From Stylophora pistillata (Eukaryota): a stretch of 64,000 nucleotides of DNA. The notes below the pieces were generated by a model, which was not told where the DNA came from, searched no databases, and saw nothing but the letters and a program-made list of their open reading frames with translations. The translations under genes were made by a program, and so were the position numbers. Position 1 is the first letter of the stretch; each line of letters begins with the position of its first letter. The stretch covers positions 286,395-350,394 of the forward strand of contig NW_019218113.1 of assembly GCF_002571385.2 (NCBI RefSeq). The letters are read 5' to 3'. Of the stretch, positions 60,901-64,000 are shown piece by piece.

Positions 60901-63900
60901 ATTTGGACATGAAAGCAAAGCTTTGTATGCCAAAGAGCTATACAAGTAAGGGTGCTCAATACATAAAAGTAGGGTGTGATATATGTTGATTGTAAAATCC
61001 CCAGGGTGTGCAGTGTGTGTGTGAGTGTGAGCTAGAATTACAAATAACATTGAAATTCTTCTTGTGATTAGTGTTGCCATTAACCACTTAATTTATGTTT
61101 CAGGAAGCTGCAGATGGTAAAAAGATCATTGAAAGATTACATCGAGAAATTAAGTTGTTGGAAAAGGTACAACACTACTTTGTTTTCAAACTGACTCAAC
61201 TCATTTACTCCCTACTAACTCAAGCAAGATCCAATTTCTGTAGAACTTGACCCAATTCTTGAGGTCATTTATCAATGGCTCACTAGCTTACTTAATCTCT
61301 TAAGCACTGGTGGATTATCTTGGAAGAGAATTGCAGTGGTATCTCTCATGTGTTATTAAGTTGTGATGATAATGAAATAATGATCAATTTACTTTTAGAT
61401 CTAAGAGATAAGTTAAACCATGCCATTGTTCAGACAATTTTAAGCAGACAGTAACTCATTGGCTGAAATATTACTATTTTTACAACATATTCTGACAGGA
61501 TTTAAGTGCTGAAAGGTTAAAACTGGAGCAGTTCCAAAGGGAGGTGGTGATTTTAAAGGAGGTAATTTTATCATCAAATATAATAGCAAATCATTTCCTT
61601 GCAAGACCTTTCATTAATTGAATTTCTTTTCTGTCTTGAAAAATAGAATTTAAAGGCTTCACAGCAAATTTCAAAGTTTTTAAAGGAAAATTATGAAGAA
61701 TTAAAAGAGGTAACAAACTTTATTTTAAGCATCGATATTATCTTTATATGCCAACACAAAATGTGGCACTGGTGTAGAAGATTTTGTTCAAATTTAGCTG
61801 AGATGGGTGAAAGTAGAACAATTTTAGATTGAGACTTGCAGGACAGGTGTAATTTATGAGAGATGAAATACAAAGAGATACAAATGCCCCTCTGGTTTGT
61901 TGTCACTTCATAGAGACTGTCCCTCCCAGAAGACACTCCTCCAGAAGAAACTCCTCTAGAAGAAATTTCTGAAGTTGAGCCAAATCAAAGGGTATGTTTT
62001 CATGTGATTTATAACATTTTCACACAGTACAGAAACACTGTTTCTAAAGTAAAATTGGAAAGTAGAGTCATTACCCTGGATGGAATTTTAATAATTAGTT
62101 AATTATTAATTATTTGTGTGGAGAGAGACCTCTTAGAAAGTGAGGTTGGAGGAGGGTCAAGCAGCATGAAAGGGTAAGGAGTTTTTATCAGAGAAATAAA
62201 TTGTACTTTTGTTGAATTACATAAAGGTGTCTTTGTATTTTTTCTAGACACCTTTGGAAGTGATCTCCCAGAAAGTTAAAAAAAAACAAGGTAGAAATTT
62301 CTTTCCTCAGGGAGAAAAACAAGGTAATTGATTATTATAAGGAAATATTTCTCTAAAAGTGAATAAACAAGTCATATCATAGTGAATAGTGAATGGTTTA
62401 TTATAAAGATATATTATAAAGATAGAACAAGTTAACACGTAATGTCTTTTTGAGCATGGCAATTCCATTGGTTTGATTCAAAATTACTTCATCTTATCAC
62501 AAAATGGAAGGAAGCAACCAAACTATTTTTACAAAATATTTAACCACATCCCACTTGAACTCGGAGGTAATGATTATGTACTTCCAGAAAATAATACCAC
62601 CAGAAAACATCCCAATGCTGATGTTCAGTTACATATTTTTATTCATATTAATTCAGGTCTTCAAGAAAGAAAATTCATGATTTAACCTTCCATATGGCTG
62701 CTTTTTACACTAGCTAGGCTACAGTGTGTATTGTTTCTTGAAATCATGGAAAAGGTCTCAAAGGCATACCATATTTCATATTGAGTTTACTGGATTATCA
62801 GGGCTTATCAGACACTGTTTGATGTTTCCTGATAAGTGCTTACTGAGAACCCACACAATTTTCATTGATGTACATCTGAATTGCCTACATTTTTATGCTT
62901 TATGACGTCTTGAACTCTGCAACAATTTCTCTAATACAACACAATCCTCTACACATTAAGATATCTTATGGGACAACCTCCATTATAGTTATCAAAAATT
63001 CCACAAAAGGCTTTACAGTGAAAAGATTATTATCCTTATGGAAAATGTTCATTGCAACTCATTTTTTACGGTGGATGTTAATTTTACAGAAAGGCCAGCA
63101 GTCAAGTGAGACTGAGGACGCAGCACCTCCAGTGAAAAAGGTTTGGATATACTCATCAATATGATTTTTTTCTTTAAAGTCGGATAAGTTTCTTTGATCT
63201 TAACTCGACACCAAATGTGAACAGTTGCAACCTCTGTTATATTTCTCAAAACTCCAGTTGAACTCATAGGTAATAATTAATGTACTTTCTGGCTGAAAAG
63301 ATTGTCATGACGAGAAAATGAAAATTGTACGAACCAAAAAATCTCTATTTTGCCCAACTTTTAATATTTGAAAGTCTCAACAAAAATGAAGATAAGAATT
63401 TTTAGTAATTTATATCCTAAAACAGTGGATGGCATTGAAGGTACTCTTTGATCTTTTACTCAAACTCTACATGCACTTTGTTTTTCACTTAAGAAAAACT
63501 CGCAGAGTATTTGTGCCCAAAAACACTGTAATTGTTGTAGAAGTAGATAACTTCAAATAATCGATTTGCGCTTCATTATCTCAGTGTTTTGGTATATACT
63601 AAAACAACTGTTTACCTTAGTGTGGCTATAACAAGCAGTAAATTAAATTATACAACTTACATGTAAGCCAACATCACTTTGGTGAATAGTAAGGTGGTAA
63701 TTATTCAATATTTCAGCCCAGTTTTTATTTGAATTCATCCATCTTAATTTACTATGATTTTCTGCTTGACATGCCATCTCATGTTTCCTAGAAACAAATT
63801 AGTTTTTGTCACCAAAAAATTTAAATTTTGCAAAAGAGGTGTAGTATAAGTGTCTCTTCAGTAATTTGACATAAATTAGCACTGACTGTGCCTTTACTCA

Positions 63901-63957
63901 AAAACAGAGAGTAATTTTACTTCTCTTACACAGGTTCCCAGAAAGGAAAAAGAGCTG
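57925..63957 (+). CDS. Multi-exon acidic/basic coiled-coil protein of unknown function, possibly frameshifted in exon 1; runs off the right edge
   Basis: GT-AG exons: 57925-58345 (needs a 1-nt shift near 58260), 59594-59860, 60111-60149, 61104-61166, 61499-61561, 61647-61709, 61914-61991, starting at 62248, 63090-63140 and 63934-63957. The clearly bounded internal exons are phase 0 and open. Exons at 60.2-60.4 kb and 62.3-62.7 kb are unresolved. Confidence 0.6.
60545..60939 (-). mobile_element. Penelope/retrozyme-type insertion carrying the hammerhead, with TA/TG microsatellites
   Basis: A perfect 34-bp inverted repeat (60633-60666 / 60906-60939) surrounds the ribozyme; (TA)n and (TG)n tracts are adjacent. 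Confidence 0.65.
60702..60747 (-). ncRNA. Minimal type I hammerhead ribozyme
   Basis: Minus strand reads ACUGCA-CUGAUGA-GGCC-CAGAA-GGCC-GAA-ACAG-UA-CUGU-C^UGCAGU: intact core, 6-bp stem I, 4-bp stem II, short palindromic stem III and a GUC cleavage triplet. Confidence 0.85.
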
Positions 63958-64000
63958 GTTTGTAATAGTTGTCATATTTAGTTCATATATTACCACTTTG

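Overview
AT-rich, intron- and repeat-dense eukaryotic DNA. The repeat families and gene content suggest a cnidarian, most likely a stony coral (inference). Positions ~1-49 kb hold a minus-strand tandem array of one receptor tyrosine kinase (RTK) family. Copy B (40566->16602) can be rebuilt by hand as 19 phase-consistent exons, 859 aa: signal peptide, V-type Ig with Trp replacing the B-strand Cys, two I-type Ig, SEA-like domain, TM, YxxL-rich juxtamembrane region and a RET/FGFR-like kinase. It carries one in-frame TAA in kinase subdomain IX. Copy A (9200->3891) shows a signal exon and two Ig exons and probably continues off the left edge. Scrambled pseudogenic kinase exons of further copies lie at 46.5-48.9 kb. 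Positions ~51-64 kb hold an HDX-like homeobox exon, a decayed intron-containing Sola-like DDE transposase, and a head-to-head multi-exon coiled-coil gene, which may form one large cargo-carrying transposon. Introns and spacers contain MITEs (PIF/Harbinger-, hAT-, Kolobok- and MuDR-like), a four-level nested TE stack, an IS3EU-like integrase relic, tRNA-derived SINEs, LINE 3' ends, Penelope-type repeats and an intact minimal hammerhead ribozyme. All exon models were derived by eye and need RNA support.
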